Shown in pieces: positions 21,574-34,664 of a DNA stretch of 56,476 nt (the stretch's first letter is position 1; each line of letters begins with the position of its first letter). The notes under the pieces were generated by a model that was not told where the DNA came from, did not search any database, and was given only the letters and a program-made list of their open reading frames with translations. This DNA is from Octopus sinensis (Eukaryota), in contig NW_021833693.1 in NCBI RefSeq assembly GCF_006345805.1, positions 1-56,476 of the forward strand. Reading direction: 5' to 3'. The position numbers and the translations under genes are program-made.

Positions 21574-24027
21574 TACATATCAATTGGATAATTTAAGTTT
21601 ATTGACCTGAAATATTCAGCTTTAAAAGTACTGAATCCTTTTGGTTTGAGGTAAAACATTCGATTTGCCTTCGTTTTCGTTACGCTCATTTCATATCAAA
21701 CCTCGTGACCATCGTGGTCATAAGAATGTATTTTTCTTTGTCAAGGATTGATAGTACATATAAGTGATAATATATTCCCATGTACATAAATGTAGATTGT
21801 GCCACTTTTCTCTTTCTCCATCATTCAGGCCGGTTGCCTTGCTCGAACCATGCCAGACGTCTCGGTTGCGTTATGAGACGTGGACGTGCGGCCTGGGTTT
21901 TAGTCATATTGGTCTTTCGCGAGATGAAATATTTCATCTGCGCATGTCACGACTACAGATAATAGCAACAGTTCGCTAAATGAACTGATTGATGCTGGCC
22001 ATTGAACGTCTGTTGTCTGTTCACTCGCTCAGTATCAAACGATATTTGCCAACGTTTCGATCAGTTCATCTGGCGAAATAGTTCACAGCCACCATGCTGA
22101 ATTTTGTGATTTCAATGTCGCTGGCTCGGATGGTTACATGCAATTTAACCTATAGTTGGGACCTGAACAGATGCTACTACTCCGGGTCAGAAGTATACCT
22201 TGAAACAGTGGTAGATAAGGGGTGTTTCACACTCCTCAAAACCCTAAGACTCCTGAACCAGGGTCCCACAACAGGAGGCAATTTAAAGTTATGCCTAGGT
22301 TATGGCATCCATCAGGCTGTATTAAAGATTATTTTTTTTTCTTCTGTTCATTAGTAATCACATAAATATTGACCATAGATCTTAATTTCTAATTAATAAC
22401 TGCCACTAACTATATACTTCATTTAGAAAAATTAAGACATATCATATGCGGCATGTGTGCATTTACTTAACAAATATATACCACCTAGATACATTTATTT
22501 CCTTAAATCTTAAAATACTAACACTAGAGGACAGTGTCGATAGTTAAGGGTGTTTTTTCACTTACAAATTAAAGAGTTTGACTTGTCTATGTATAATTCC
22601 CTTTGGCGAGCAGATATCTTTATCAGTAACAGCTGAAAATGATCGTACGTAAGGAACTATCAGGACATACTAGAAGGATGGAAATGATTGCATTTTTAAA
22701 CATATCTATATCAAGTGTGTCTGTGTTAAAGCTACAAATTAAAGCTTGTCTTCTCTTTACCAATCTCATACTTCACTTTGGCGAGCACTTACGTTATCAA
22801 CACCGGCTGAAGATTCTCGTCAGTGACGAAACATCACGACGTACCAGAAGGCAATAGTGAATTTTGAAATATGTTTGTTTTAGAGATCCATTCTGCACGC
22901 TAGGAAGATCATTACATACAATTTTGGCTATTTGGTCATTATTCATGTGAGACACCCTGGAAATTTGAGTTGTCAGATAGCAACACAAAGAGTGGAAACT
23001 TCTTCAGTTGTGTTTACTGTGTGGTGGGAATACAAGCACATCTATATTACCACCACCATCACCATCCCCCACAACAACAACATAAATATATATGTATATG
23101 TGTGTGTGTGTTATATATATATATATATGTGTGTGTATGTATGTGTGTGTATGTGTCTTGTGTGTATGTAATTGCGTGTATGTGTGTGTTTGTGAGTGTA
23201 TAATTACAAGCATCGCCCCGAATCAAGGAAGACTCATTAGCACGCATTGTTTTCGCTAAGAGTTTAAGGCCATTGGGTAGTGGCGATTAGATACAGACAC
23301 TCAGTCGGCCCTTGCGAATTTGGCCCAATGTATCATACAGCGTGTCACAAATGCTGAAGAGAGTGAAGAGAGAGAGAGAGAGAGAGAGAGAGAAATGGGA
23401 GTCAGAGAGAGCATTATCAGCACTTTCGGTTGGTATATATTTCAGTTAAAGTGAGTATTATTTTATTCTTTATTCGTTTCAGCTGTGCGTCTGCGGTCAT
23501 GCTGGAGCATAACTGTCATTTTGTACTTTTATATGCCATACTTCTTTGGCTGATTTCTTCAGAGTGGTGGAATTTCATATCACTACTCCTTTGGTTCCTG
23601 GGCCCCTTGATGTATGAGCGAGTTTGATACTTCTACCCTCATCTGTACTTCATGCCCGGCTGTTGGTTTATCCGGTATCCCGGATATGAGAATGTAGTAT
23701 ATGAATCGAAACTAAAACCTTCCGATTTGTACTAAATTTCAAACACCACTGGTTTGAAGCTGGTTGGACAAAACCACAGACAAAACGACACACACATACA
23801 GATAAATTACATATATATTACAGGGTGATTCAAAAGTCGCCATACATAAGAACAATTTATTAATTTTTTTTATAAGAAACAGTTTTTTTTTATTTAACTG
23901 TTTCTTATAAAAAAAATTAATTTTTCCTATGAATGGTGACTTTTGAATCAACCTGTAGGTATGCACACACATACACACACACGCGCGCGCGCGCATATAT
24001 ATATATATATAAATATATATATATATA

Positions 24028-24225
24028 GTTAATCCAAACAAGAAAACACAAAAAAAACACACATCAACGCGAGGACGTGGAACAAATATAGTATTATTGG
24101 ACGCTCAGGAAAGAAGGGAAGAAGGAGTGTTTAACGTTTCGAGCGGAGCTCTTCGTCGGAAACATAGGAGAAGGAAAGATCCCGAGAAGGGAAGACAGAG
24201 GAAAAAAAATCGCCAACGGTACACA
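24028..24225 (-). mobile_element. About 200-bp dispersed element with a minimal HHR (family C, copy 1)
   Basis: Reverse complement aligns with 39960-40142; HHR at 24128-24164 reads TGTTT CCGACGA A GAGC TCC GCTC GAA ACGT T AAACA; 3' end GGATTAAC meets (TA)n. Confidence 0.75.
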
Positions 24226-24249
24226 CGAGGTTACATATATATATATGCA

Positions 24250-24318
<69 letters not shown>

Positions 24319-25235
24319 AAGTATGTTGTAGGCTCGAAACGTAAAAGACTTTTCCATTTTTCCCGAGCGTTAAACTAAATACACCTGCTTGTTGTTCCTT
24401 CACCTGTCTATGTCTTTTGTTTTCTGTTAATTTGAACGATATATACATACATACGTACACACAACACACACACACACACACACACACACATATGAAATTT
24501 GGCTGGTGACCGCGGCTGTTGCCATCAGCAGTTGTTTTTAGTTAAAGAGGCGGAGAGAAATAGGGTTTTCTAACAAATAAAAGGAGTGGGGAGAAATTTC
24601 CTTCAAGGGGAGAGAATCGCTGAGAGAGATTTTTATACATTTATTTTATATAATTCAATCTAATTTGTATTTCTTTTTTATTGCAAGAATATATATATAT
24701 ATATATATATACACACAAACATTAATAGATAGATACATATACACCTACGTACACATACATATATATATACATATATAACATATAATATATATATATATAT
24801 ATATACTCTCACGCCAATACATATACATGTGTCTATGTGTATGAGTGAGATGTATTAGAAATAAATATGAAAATTAATGTATACATACCTACATATATTC
24901 ATACGACTGTATATACGCATATGTGTGTGTGTGGGGGGAGGGGGTCTGTAACCGTTACACAATACTAACAGCAAAGAAAAGCTATATAAAAACTAAGAAA
25001 CTGCTTTCACTATTTTCGTTATGAGTATTTTCTCAGCTGTTTCTATATACCGTGTTATTGTAACAAATTCTTCGAAAATATTACTATAATGAGGGGCAGG
25101 GCCTACAGAACTCTGACTTCTGTTCAGGTAATAGACTCATCGACTCATCCTCACAGCTAATATGTTTACATTACATACTACTATGAGTGTGTGTGTGTGT
25201 GTGTGCGCGAGTCTGTCCTGAGTGTTTGATCAATA

Positions 25236-25320
<85 letters not shown>

Positions 25321-25345
25321 TGATGTATGTATGTATGTATGTATG

Positions 25346-25386
<41 letters not shown>

Positions 25387-25402
25387 ATTAATAGATATGT
25401 CT

Positions 25403-25482
<80 letters not shown>

Positions 25483-25491
25483 TATATAAAA

Positions 25492-25859
25492 GTTACGGAA
25501 TGGAGTAAGAGACATCCGGACTACATATATTTCATTGCGAGCGGAACCTCAGAAATGGTAAAATCCAAGTGAGGTGTATACCGAACTGTTACTCTTCAGG
25601 CCAAGGATATCTTGATTAGATTAAAAGTTCCATCGTCTCAAGGAGTTACATGCAAGGAGGATTCAATCAGAATGCGTAGTTCAATCTTGCATGCGTCAAC
25701 CTGTACCTCCTTGCAACAATGGAACTTTTAATCTAATCAATATATCCTTGGCCTGAATAGTAGCTATAGGTATGCACCTCACTTGGATTTTACCATTTCT
25801 GAGGTTCTACACGCGAGGAAACATATGCAGCCCGGATCTTTCCTACTCTATTCTGTAAC
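25492..25859. mobile_element. Foldback/MITE-like imperfect palindrome (about 370 bp)
   Basis: GAACCTCAGAAATGGTAAAATCCAAGTGAGGTG and TTGATTAGATTAAAAGTTCCAT recur inverted; arms extend to GTTACGGAAT and ATTCTGTAAC. Confidence 0.75.
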
Positions 25860-27680
25860 GCTTGTATTCTTATTCGCTCACCTTTATAGTTAAGCGATCA
25901 GGAGAAATAAGAATGGAAAAGGAACAATAGAAATAATGAAGAATAAAAGAAACCAACGCAAACCAAAGTGTTTTTTGAAAGACAGAATGCTGATTCTAAA
26001 GAAACATCAAATACAACAGAGATATGGAAACACTGTATGGCCTGTAGGGGAATCACAGTGAAAAATGAAAGAGCGAAAGCAGAGCTGACGAGAGAAGAAA
26101 GATGGTGGAAAACACAGTGGGGAGTTGATCGCATTATTACTCCTTTTTTTCGATCTTTCCTCCTTGGATCTTTTAATATTTCTCCATAAACAAACACTCG
26201 TACACGTACAAATGTCCAAAATCATTGCTGTCACTCACCTGCATCACTTGAATGTATGTACCATATTTACCTGAAGCCCTTCGCTCCCCATTGACGTATA
26301 AGCCGTCGATGGATTTTTCTTCCCTTTCTCAACCCTGGGCAGTCTTTTCTGCTTCTCTACAGTTGGATCCCTGCTTTCTTTTCGAATTTTGCTGCACCAC
26401 GTCATATACTTCCTTGGCGGAAAGCTTTCCTCTTCCAGCTCGTTTTTGGTTTCGAATTGCCATCGATCCTCCTGTAACTTTGTTTTGTTCTAGGTAGGGG
26501 TCGGTTCAACGCAAACCCAATTTTACCTCAGAGAAGTGTTGGTCCATATTGGTTTGGCCTCTATACTTTAACCTGTTCAGCATGGAAAACCCTACCAGAA
26601 TCTGACTTTTGGAATCATTGAGGAACAGAAGCCCCACCCCGACAAAGACTGGACCTTGTGCTGGATGTGTGTACCTCGGTTCCGTTAATAATTTTAGGTG
26701 CCTGTGTAGTCGCAAATAGATGGAGACACTTCAAAGGTGGTCATAGAGTGAACTCAATGGAATATCAAGCATATGACGGCCAGGAAGAGAAATACGGTTG
26801 TTCCATTTATTGCGCGGAGCAGAATTTCAGGAGAATGGATTTGATTAACGTTTATAGATAGGTTCTGCACCTATAGATATGTGCGTGTGCCATACGTACG
26901 TATATAGCATGCATAAAAAAAAACACATATAGACATTCACACAGACACATACACGCACGCACACACACAAACACACAAACACACACACACACACATATTA
27001 TATATATGCGTGTGTGTCTGCATATATATGCGACTATGTGATACATACTTCCAATATATATTTTTCTTTCCAGGACTTACACACACGCACACACACACAC
27101 ACACACACACAACACACACACATACGTATATGTGTGTGTGTGTGTGAGTGTGTATATATGCAAGTAAATGCAAACGAGCTGGTTTACACATCTACGCATT
27201 CCATGCTTACGATAGCGTACCAATAGACAAATTTGCATATCATGTTATAGCTAACTAAATGAGACTCAGAATGGCGTAAGAAATTTAAGCGAGTGCGCAG
27301 CAGCAGTTTTGATCAGAGATTTTTCTCATTGAAATAAATAGTTCTGGTGGCTGGCGGTACAAAACGGGTAGGTAATACCCCGGTGTCTATAGTAAAGTAG
27401 TATTTTTTCTTATTAGCATATTTTTAGTTTAAGGTCAGCATGACTTGAGAGACGGAATGAGGTGAGAGAGAGATTTACTTGTCGCAACATGCAGAGTTTG
27501 TGTGTGTATGTGTATGTGCGCACACACACACACTTATATATCTAGACACACATTCTCTGCATCTAAACATACATATATATGTACATGCATATGTATGTAT
27601 ACATATATACATACATATATACATATATATATATATTATATATATTATATATATATATATGTGCATATATATATGTATGT

Positions 27681-27729
<49 letters not shown>

Positions 27730-28089
27730 ATATAGTATTATAGTATGTATATATGTATATTATAATATACACACACACATATATTATATATGCACATATA
27801 TGTATGCATATGTATCTCTCTCTCTCTCTCTCCCTAACTATCTATCTATCTATCTATCTAGTTCATGTATAATTACAAGTAAACTACACTTCAGGGAAGA
27901 GAAGGAACGTACATTTATAAATAGAAGTATTCTCTCTTACACATACAAGTATGTGTGTGCGTGTGGTTGCGTGCATGAGTGTATGTATGTGTGTGTGGCT
28001 GTGTGTGTGTGTATGTATGTATGTATGTATGTATGTATGTATGTATGTATGTATGTATGTGTATATGTATGTATTATTTTATTCTTTAA

Positions 28090-28555
28090 TTCTTTTACCT
28101 CTTTCAGTCATTTGTTTGCGGCAATGTTAGAGCACCGCCTCGAAGAGTTTTAGTCGAAGAAACCGGCCCCACGATGTATTTCTTTCTTAAGCCTAGTACT
28201 TGTTCTAGTGGATGTTCCCTGAACCGCTAGATTATGGGGACGTAAACACAGCAACACCGGTTGTCAAGCTGTGATGGAGTGAGAAATACGTAGACAAATA
28301 CTCACATAGACATATACAGACATATACACACACGCACGCACCCACGCTCACACACACACACTCACACACACACACACACACACCACACCACACACACACA
28401 CATACGAAGGGTTTCTTTTCGGTTTCCGTCTACCAGATCCACTCACAACGCTTTGCTCGGCCCGAGGCTATAGTAGAAGACAGATGCCCAAGGTGTCAGG
28501 CAGCGCAACTGAACCCGGAACGTTGTGGTTGGGAAGGAAAACCCACCCCTGTACC
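28090..28555 (-). mobile_element. SINE family A, diverged full-length copy
   Basis: GGGGACGTAAACAC..TTTCCGTCTACC..GGCCCGAGGCTATAGTAGAAGAC..CTGAACCCGGAAC. Confidence 0.8.
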
Positions 28556-28561
28556 TGTGTT

Positions 28562-28616
<55 letters not shown>

Positions 28617-28763
28617 ATGTATGTATATAATCAGCCGAAATTGCGGAGATGATCCGGTTCTTGACTGATGATTGAGGGCTTCGAATGTCCCGTCCTGTGT
28701 TTCTTGTGTCGTCTTCTGGGTGTCTCACGTTCTTGTCCCAGTTTGTATATTTTTTTTATTTTT

Positions 28764-28794
<31 letters not shown>

Positions 28795-29009
28795 TCTTTT
28801 GCAGAAAGGACTGCTTCGACCGGATCGTGTTCTGTCCTTACCTTCGAAACACGCATTGAGTCGAACCAGGGACAGCTGATGAAGGGGAATATTCCTTGTA
28901 TTCTTTGTCTTGTACTCTGTTTTTTCGTTGTTAAAAAGAGTCCGTTTCCTGTTTGTTTTTATGTTTTCGTTTCTCGTTGTGTTCTACGTTTATTTGTGGT
29001 GTCCTGTAC

Positions 29010-29063
<54 letters not shown>

Positions 29064-29213
29064 ATATATATATAGTATGTATATGCATGTATATATACAT
29101 ATAGATGTAGGTACGTACATATGTATGTATGTATGCATATATTTCATTTAAATTATTATATGACTGAGCGACCTCGCGTCGTTTCGTTTCTTTTCTCCAA
29201 GTAAGTTTTTTTG

Positions 29214-29245
<32 letters not shown>

Positions 29246-29532
29246 TATATATTGATGTTTATGTGTGGTATACTTGAATATATGTACATGTATACACATA
29301 TAAACATATATATAAATATATATACATACGTACCTGTATACACACACACATTTATATACGTATATATACATGTATGTATATATACACATACATATGTATA
29401 TATATTTATATATATATTTATGTGTATAAGTGAATATATATGTGTGTGCGTGGTTATCTATTTATCTATATATCTATCTATCTCTCTATTTATGCATACA
29501 TACATACATACATACATACATTAAATTACTGG

Positions 29533-29660
29533 CATGGCTGTGTGTTTAAGAAACTAGCTTTGCAGCCTCGAGGTTTTGGGTTCCGATTCAGTGAGCGGCT
29601 TCTTAGGCAAGTGTCTGCAACTGCAAGCCCGAGTGAATTCGGTTGACAGAGACTAATATA
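29533..29660 (+). mobile_element. SINE family A head (diverged)
   Basis: GGCATGGCTGTGTGTTTAAGAA..GGCAAGTGTCT. Confidence 0.55.
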
Positions 29661-29663
29661 TAG

Positions 29664-29734
<71 letters not shown>

Positions 29735-30059
29735 ATAATATATATATATATATATGTATGTATATTGTATATATATTGTATGTATGTTTCTACCCGATTT
29801 TCGTCGTCTATAGATATCTAAAAAATATATATATCTTATATCTTATATTTTACATTAAAAATTTTCAGGGCTTTTTTTTTCTTTCTTGTGTATGTTCTGT
29901 AGAGAAATCCTTTGTCTTCTTATTCTCATTTATCTTCTCCTTCACCCCTTCCTCCTCCTTCTCTTCTCGTCCTCTTCATTGCTATTCTCTTCTTTTCTTT
30001 TCATCATCACTATCATCACGATCATTAACTCTCTCTTTGTTACGCCAAGGAGACGGGAC

Positions 30060-30060
30060 C

Positions 30061-30133
<73 letters not shown>

Positions 30134-30146
30134 TAATGATAATAAC

Positions 30147-30183
<37 letters not shown>

Positions 30184-30198
30184 TAATAATAATAATAA
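30060..30198 (+). repeat. (AAT)n tract
   Basis: Directly visible. Confidence 0.95.
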
Positions 30199-30770
30199 AG
30201 AAAACAGTTAAGAAAACATGATAAAGAAAGAAGCGTATTCCAAGTTGATCGGTGAATTTCCCCTCGGGTAGATCTTGGCTGCGAGAATTACTTGGCAGAT
30301 GGTAATGATAGAAAGGAAACACGAAAAAGAGACAAAGAATAGAGAAAAGCAACAAGACGCACGTGTCGTTGTTGAGTTATTTTCGAAACTCGCTGAGAAA
30401 AATTAGCGCTCTTCATTTCGCAGACATATTCTTTAAAGAATTTATATATATATGGCAACTGTGAACAATAGCGTCGTTGGATGTAGATTGGTGGCAGACC
30501 AATCATTGATTCATTGCATTTCTATTGGCTTGTGTGAATAAGTACGTGTGAATGAGTGTGTGTGTGCGTGCATGTGTGTAAACTTCTGTATGTGTATGTG
30601 TATGTATATGGGTGTGCATCTGTGTGTGTGTGTGTGTGTTTGCGTGTGATAGAGAGTTGGGGAGTGTTCTGCAACTAGGGACTTGTTCAGAGACCATTGA
30701 TTTTTCGCCGATGTTTTTGCTCTTTCGATGTGTTGCAACATCAACAGAATATATATATATATATATATAT

Positions 30771-31495
30771 AACATAAGGGACTAAAGCCATATATAATAT
30801 GGCTAGGACCGCGGCCGGGGTGGCAGGGGGGGGGTTGGGTGGTTGTTACTGTTGCATTTAGCCCAGGCGAACATCGACGTCGCCAGATAGGCCCGACACC
30901 GTCACGGTGTCCTTTAACCTGCAAAGGGAGATATTCCCCGATGAAGCGGAAACCACACACGGACCATGGTTTCAAGGTGTATTGCCTATCGTCAACGTGT
31001 GGTAGGCCTCCGCTCCCCGACGAAATCTCACTCTGCAGGATATTCATATATAGATTTTCAAGCAAAATACATTTGCTGATTTCGAAAATCTGTTCGACTG
31101 CAATAATAATTCTCTAAAAGAGATATAGACAGTAACTGCTCGATAACATAAGGGACTAAAGCCATCTGAATATGGCTAGGGACAGGGCAGGGTGGTGGGG
31201 GTGTTACTGTTGCATTTAGCCCAGGCGAACATCGACGTCGCCAGATAGGCCCAGGCAATACACCTTGAAACCATGGTCCGTGTGTGGTTTCCGCTTCATC
31301 GGGGAATTATCTCCCTTTGCAGGTTAAAGGACACCGTGACGGTGTCGGGCCTATCTGGCGACGTCGATGTTGGCCTGGGGCTAAATGCAACAGTAACACC
31401 CCCACCACCCTGCCCTGTCCCTAGCCATATTCAGATGGCTTTAGTCCCTTATGTTATCGAGCAGTTACTGTCTATATCTCTTTTAGAGAATTATT
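30771..31495. mobile_element. 374-bp HHR-bearing repeat: about 1.3 direct units plus an inverted arm (31253-31495)
   Basis: AACATAAGGGACTAAAGCCA at 30771 and 31145. 31253-31495 is the reverse complement of part of the unit; ORFs 31058-31258(-) and 31273-31668(+) share a peptide. Both ends abut (TA)n. Confidence 0.85.
30956..31001 (-). ncRNA. Type I hammerhead ribozyme, C3U core variant
   Basis: Minus strand: CACACG / TTGACGA / T-AGG-CAATACA-CCT-T / GAA / ACCATGGT (palindromic stem III, no loop) / C (GUC site) / CGTGTG. Confidence 0.75.
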
Positions 31496-31583
31496 ATATA
31501 TATATAATATATATATATATGTATATATGTATATATGTATATGTATATATATATATGTGTGTGTGTGTATATATATATGCATA

Positions 31584-31616
<33 letters not shown>

Positions 31617-31744
31617 ATGTGCATGTATAAAATTATTACTTATGTATGCTATTTTTATTCAGTCTTGAGGCTCATAATTCCTGTCTCCTAGTTTCCATAG
31701 CGTCTGAGTGGCCGAAATCACAACATTCCCCCTAAACGGGACTT

Positions 31745-31941
31745 TCTAGGATTCAAAGCCGGTAATTTGGAGGGGAGGGGCAAGTCGATTACACCGAAAC
31801 CCGGTTCTTGACTCATATTTTATTCTATCCGTACCAACGGGATAGATGAAAGGCAGGATTTGAACTCGGAAGGTAAAGAGCCGGAAGAATTGCCGCTAAG
31901 CATTTTGTCCGGCATACAAACGATTCTGCCAGCTCGCTACC
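31745..31941 (-). mobile_element. tRNA-derived SINE, family B
   Basis: Minus strand GGTAGCGAGCTGGCAGAATCGTT..CCGGACAAAATGCTTAGCGG..GAGTTCAAATCC. Confidence 0.7.
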
Positions 31942-32543
31942 GTATCCTGGTAAGATTTAATTCTTAAGATGGAAGATTTACACGAAGAAAATAAAAGAAT
32001 TCCAAGTGTTAGTGGGCTTCGCTTTCTTCATACTCCCAATGCATTATAAATTACTGTCCCCCTTTTTTTTTCTGGTGATTCTATTAACACATAATTAGAA
32101 AGCGGATTGTGTGGAGATATTGATTGCACAGGAGGGTGGGATCCTGTTGTTGACTAAAAGGGAATTGTTGATTGAGACTAATTTAAACCTTCATCATTCA
32201 CAACAGCTTTCTCTTGATGTCAAGATAGTCACTCGAATACGCTCGGCCTGTGATGATTTATAGGATGGGAAAAATAAACAGCAGAAATTGTAAATCAGCG
32301 TGCGATGAAATGGAGATTAAGTTTACGGTGGAGAAGAGTATACTTCTTTCTTCTTCGATGAAGGCCCCCACTTCCCTCTCTTGAATTTCTTTCTAATTCT
32401 CACGGCATGGCAAACATGGTTTTTGCTTATATTTCCAATTCTCTTCGGATCTATCATTTGCTTCTGATCGTACTTGGTAAAATGTGCAGAAACGGCCGTT
32501 TGCTTTAGACTCATGAAAGCCAGTTTGCTGCAACCGATGTGAA

Positions 32544-32700
32544 TAGGCGTCGCTGTGTGGTTATGAAGTTCGCTTTACAACCACAATTTTTTTACGTTCA
32601 GTCACAATGTGGGGCACCTTGGTCAAGTGTCTTTTTTTCTTTTGTTCCGGTTGACCAATGCCTTGTCAGTGGATTCGGTAGATGGATACTGCAGGAGACT
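32544..32700 (+). mobile_element. SINE family A head
   Basis: GCTGTGTGGTTATGAAGTTCGCT..GGCACCTTGGTCAAGTGTCTT..GTGGATTCGGTAGA. Confidence 0.65.
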
Positions 32701-32713
32701 ACAACAAAACTAG

Positions 32714-32777
<64 letters not shown>

Positions 32778-33629
32778 GTATGTCTGTCTATCTATCTATC
32801 TATCTATCAGCATAAGTAATGTAACTACCTATTATTTGTGTGTTTGTCTATATGTCTATTTGTTAGTCTTATATATCTATATGTCTGTCTGTGTGTCTAC
32901 CTCTCCACCCCTGGGTAGATTTCTTGGACGTAGGTTTGAGGAAGCAGATTTGACGGAGCGGAAAACAAACTGCATCTTGCATTTTTTTTATTGTATCCAG
33001 CTGGATATATTAGTTGGCCGAGTGAGAAGGGACAATGTGAGTGGGTAGGTTTGAGTGAGACTATTAGGGTGAGTCGGGGCGTTGGAGGAGATTCATTAAA
33101 AGCTGGGAGACTGGTTCGAATCGAACCGGAAAAAGTGAAAAATTGGAGCAAAGATATGATAGAAAGATAGAGAATAGAAAACCATGAGGATAGCGGAGGA
33201 AAGGAGTGGGAAAAAGAGACAACGACCGGCATGTATACATGTATACACACACACACATTCGTTATTAGTGACGAAAGCAGTTAGCTCAGAATGGCTTTCT
33301 GTATATCTTACTTAATGCAGAAAGCGGGAAAGCGAGAAGACTACGTTATTCGTTTCGAGAAAGCATAATGGACGTATCGTGCTAAAAAGCAGACACTGTA
33401 TCTGATCAGCTGACTATTTGCGAAAGCAGTGATTTGCCAATCACTGTTTCTCTGTATGTCAGTAGAGGTTACGTATGTTTAAGTATGCAGTTCTTAGTGG
33501 ATGCTAAATCAAACAGACATCTGGATTTAGCAATCATACCGCCTCTGCTAAATGATTCCCATCTACTGCTGATAGGCATTTGACTTTCTTAGCCAAGTAT
33601 ATCTATGCTAAGTTATATATAATTTATTG

Positions 33630-33641
33630 ATATATACATAC

Positions 33642-33691
<50 letters not shown>

Positions 33692-33722
33692 TATATATAT
33701 TATATATATATATATATATATG

Positions 33723-33758
<36 letters not shown>

Positions 33759-33798
33759 TGTGTGTGTGTGTATGTATGTATGTATGTATATATATATG

Positions 33799-33863
<65 letters not shown>
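33630..33863. repeat. Long (TA)n-dominated tract
   Basis: Directly visible; abuts the HHR cluster. Confidence 0.95.
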
Positions 33864-33866
<3 letters not shown>

Positions 33867-34089
33867 AAATATTGAGTTTCTAAATCTCTCGTAGAGAGGT
33901 GTACGGTGGTCGAGCGATATAATGGTTGTATACTGTCAATCTAACAAGAACGTGACAGTAGGGGGTACACCACCGTTATATAGCCCTAGGAGGCATCGAA
34001 CGCCTCCTGACAGCTTCGACACATTTTATCCTGTGTCCTTATGTACACATACGAAGGGGAGACAAACACCCCCAACCGCCGGAACTGCA

Positions 34090-34135
34090 TCTAGGGACAC
34101 CGTGTTTCAGGATCATTGTCCTTCATCGGCCTAGA
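34090..34135 (-). ncRNA. Type I hammerhead ribozyme (mirror of 34268-34313)
   Basis: Exact reverse complement of the 34268-34313 motif. Confidence 0.85.
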
Positions 34136-34267
34136 GTAGCAGACACCGAAGAGATTTAGAAACTCAATATTTCTTATTTTGATAATCAGTGAATAGACTT
34201 CACTGAATATATATATGTACAAATGCGAAGTCGAGACAGATATCGCCAGCTGACCGGTGTCTGCTAC

Positions 34268-34313
34268 TCTAGGCCGATGAAGGACAATGATCCTGAAACA
34301 CGGTGTCCCTAGA
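34268..34313 (+). ncRNA. Type I hammerhead ribozyme, U4C core variant
   Basis: TCTAGG / CCGATGA / AGGA-CAATGA-TCCT / GAA / ACAC-G-GTGT / C34307 (GUC) / CCTAGA. Confidence 0.85.
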
Positions 34314-34485
34314 TGCAGTTCCGGCGGTTGGGGGTGTTTGTCTCCCCTTCGTATGTGTACATAAGGACACAGGATAAAATGTGTCGAAGCTGTCAGGAGG
34401 CGTTCGATGCCTCCTAGGGCTATATAACGGTGGTGTACCCCCTACTGTCACGTTCTTGTTAGATTGACAGTATACAACCATTATA

Positions 34486-34548
<63 letters not shown>

Positions 34549-34549
<1 letters not shown>

Positions 34550-34664
34550 TTTCTATGTTTCTGACGAAGAGCTCCGTTCGAAACGTTAAATCCTCCTTCT
34601 TTCCTTCTTTTTCTGAGCGTCCAATAACACTATACTTGTTCCATGTCCTATACTTGTTCCACAC

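Larger units (their letters stand above)
33864..34486. mobile_element. HHR-bearing inverted-repeat element (arms 33917-34148 and 34255-34486)
   Basis: The two arms of about 232 bp are reverse complements; the same 70-aa translation appears on both strands. An extra IR of about 26 bp lies at 33864-33889 and 34151-34176. Flanked by (TA)n. Confidence 0.88.

Noticed and set aside
22045-22078. Minus-strand CAGATGA..GAAACGTT minimal hammerhead
   Set aside because: Core U4 is mutated to A and stem II does not pair; possibly a dead relic.
22807-22845. CTGAAGA...GAAAC candidate hammerhead
   Set aside because: Stem II is out of register and there is no convincing stem III or stem I.
26255-26490. Minus-strand open frame of about 68 codons ending at CAG/GTAAAT
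   Set aside because: Poor acceptor, upstream stop and no recognisable domain; unresolved without RNA data.
28630-28990. Two CTGATGA motifs (28665, 28876) in pLTR-like fragments
   Set aside because: Could not assemble stems I-III in any topology; at most degenerate halves.
30938-30975. Plus-strand CCGATGA-AGCG-GAAA motif
   Set aside because: No stem I or stem II; the real motif is on the opposite strand at 30956-31001.
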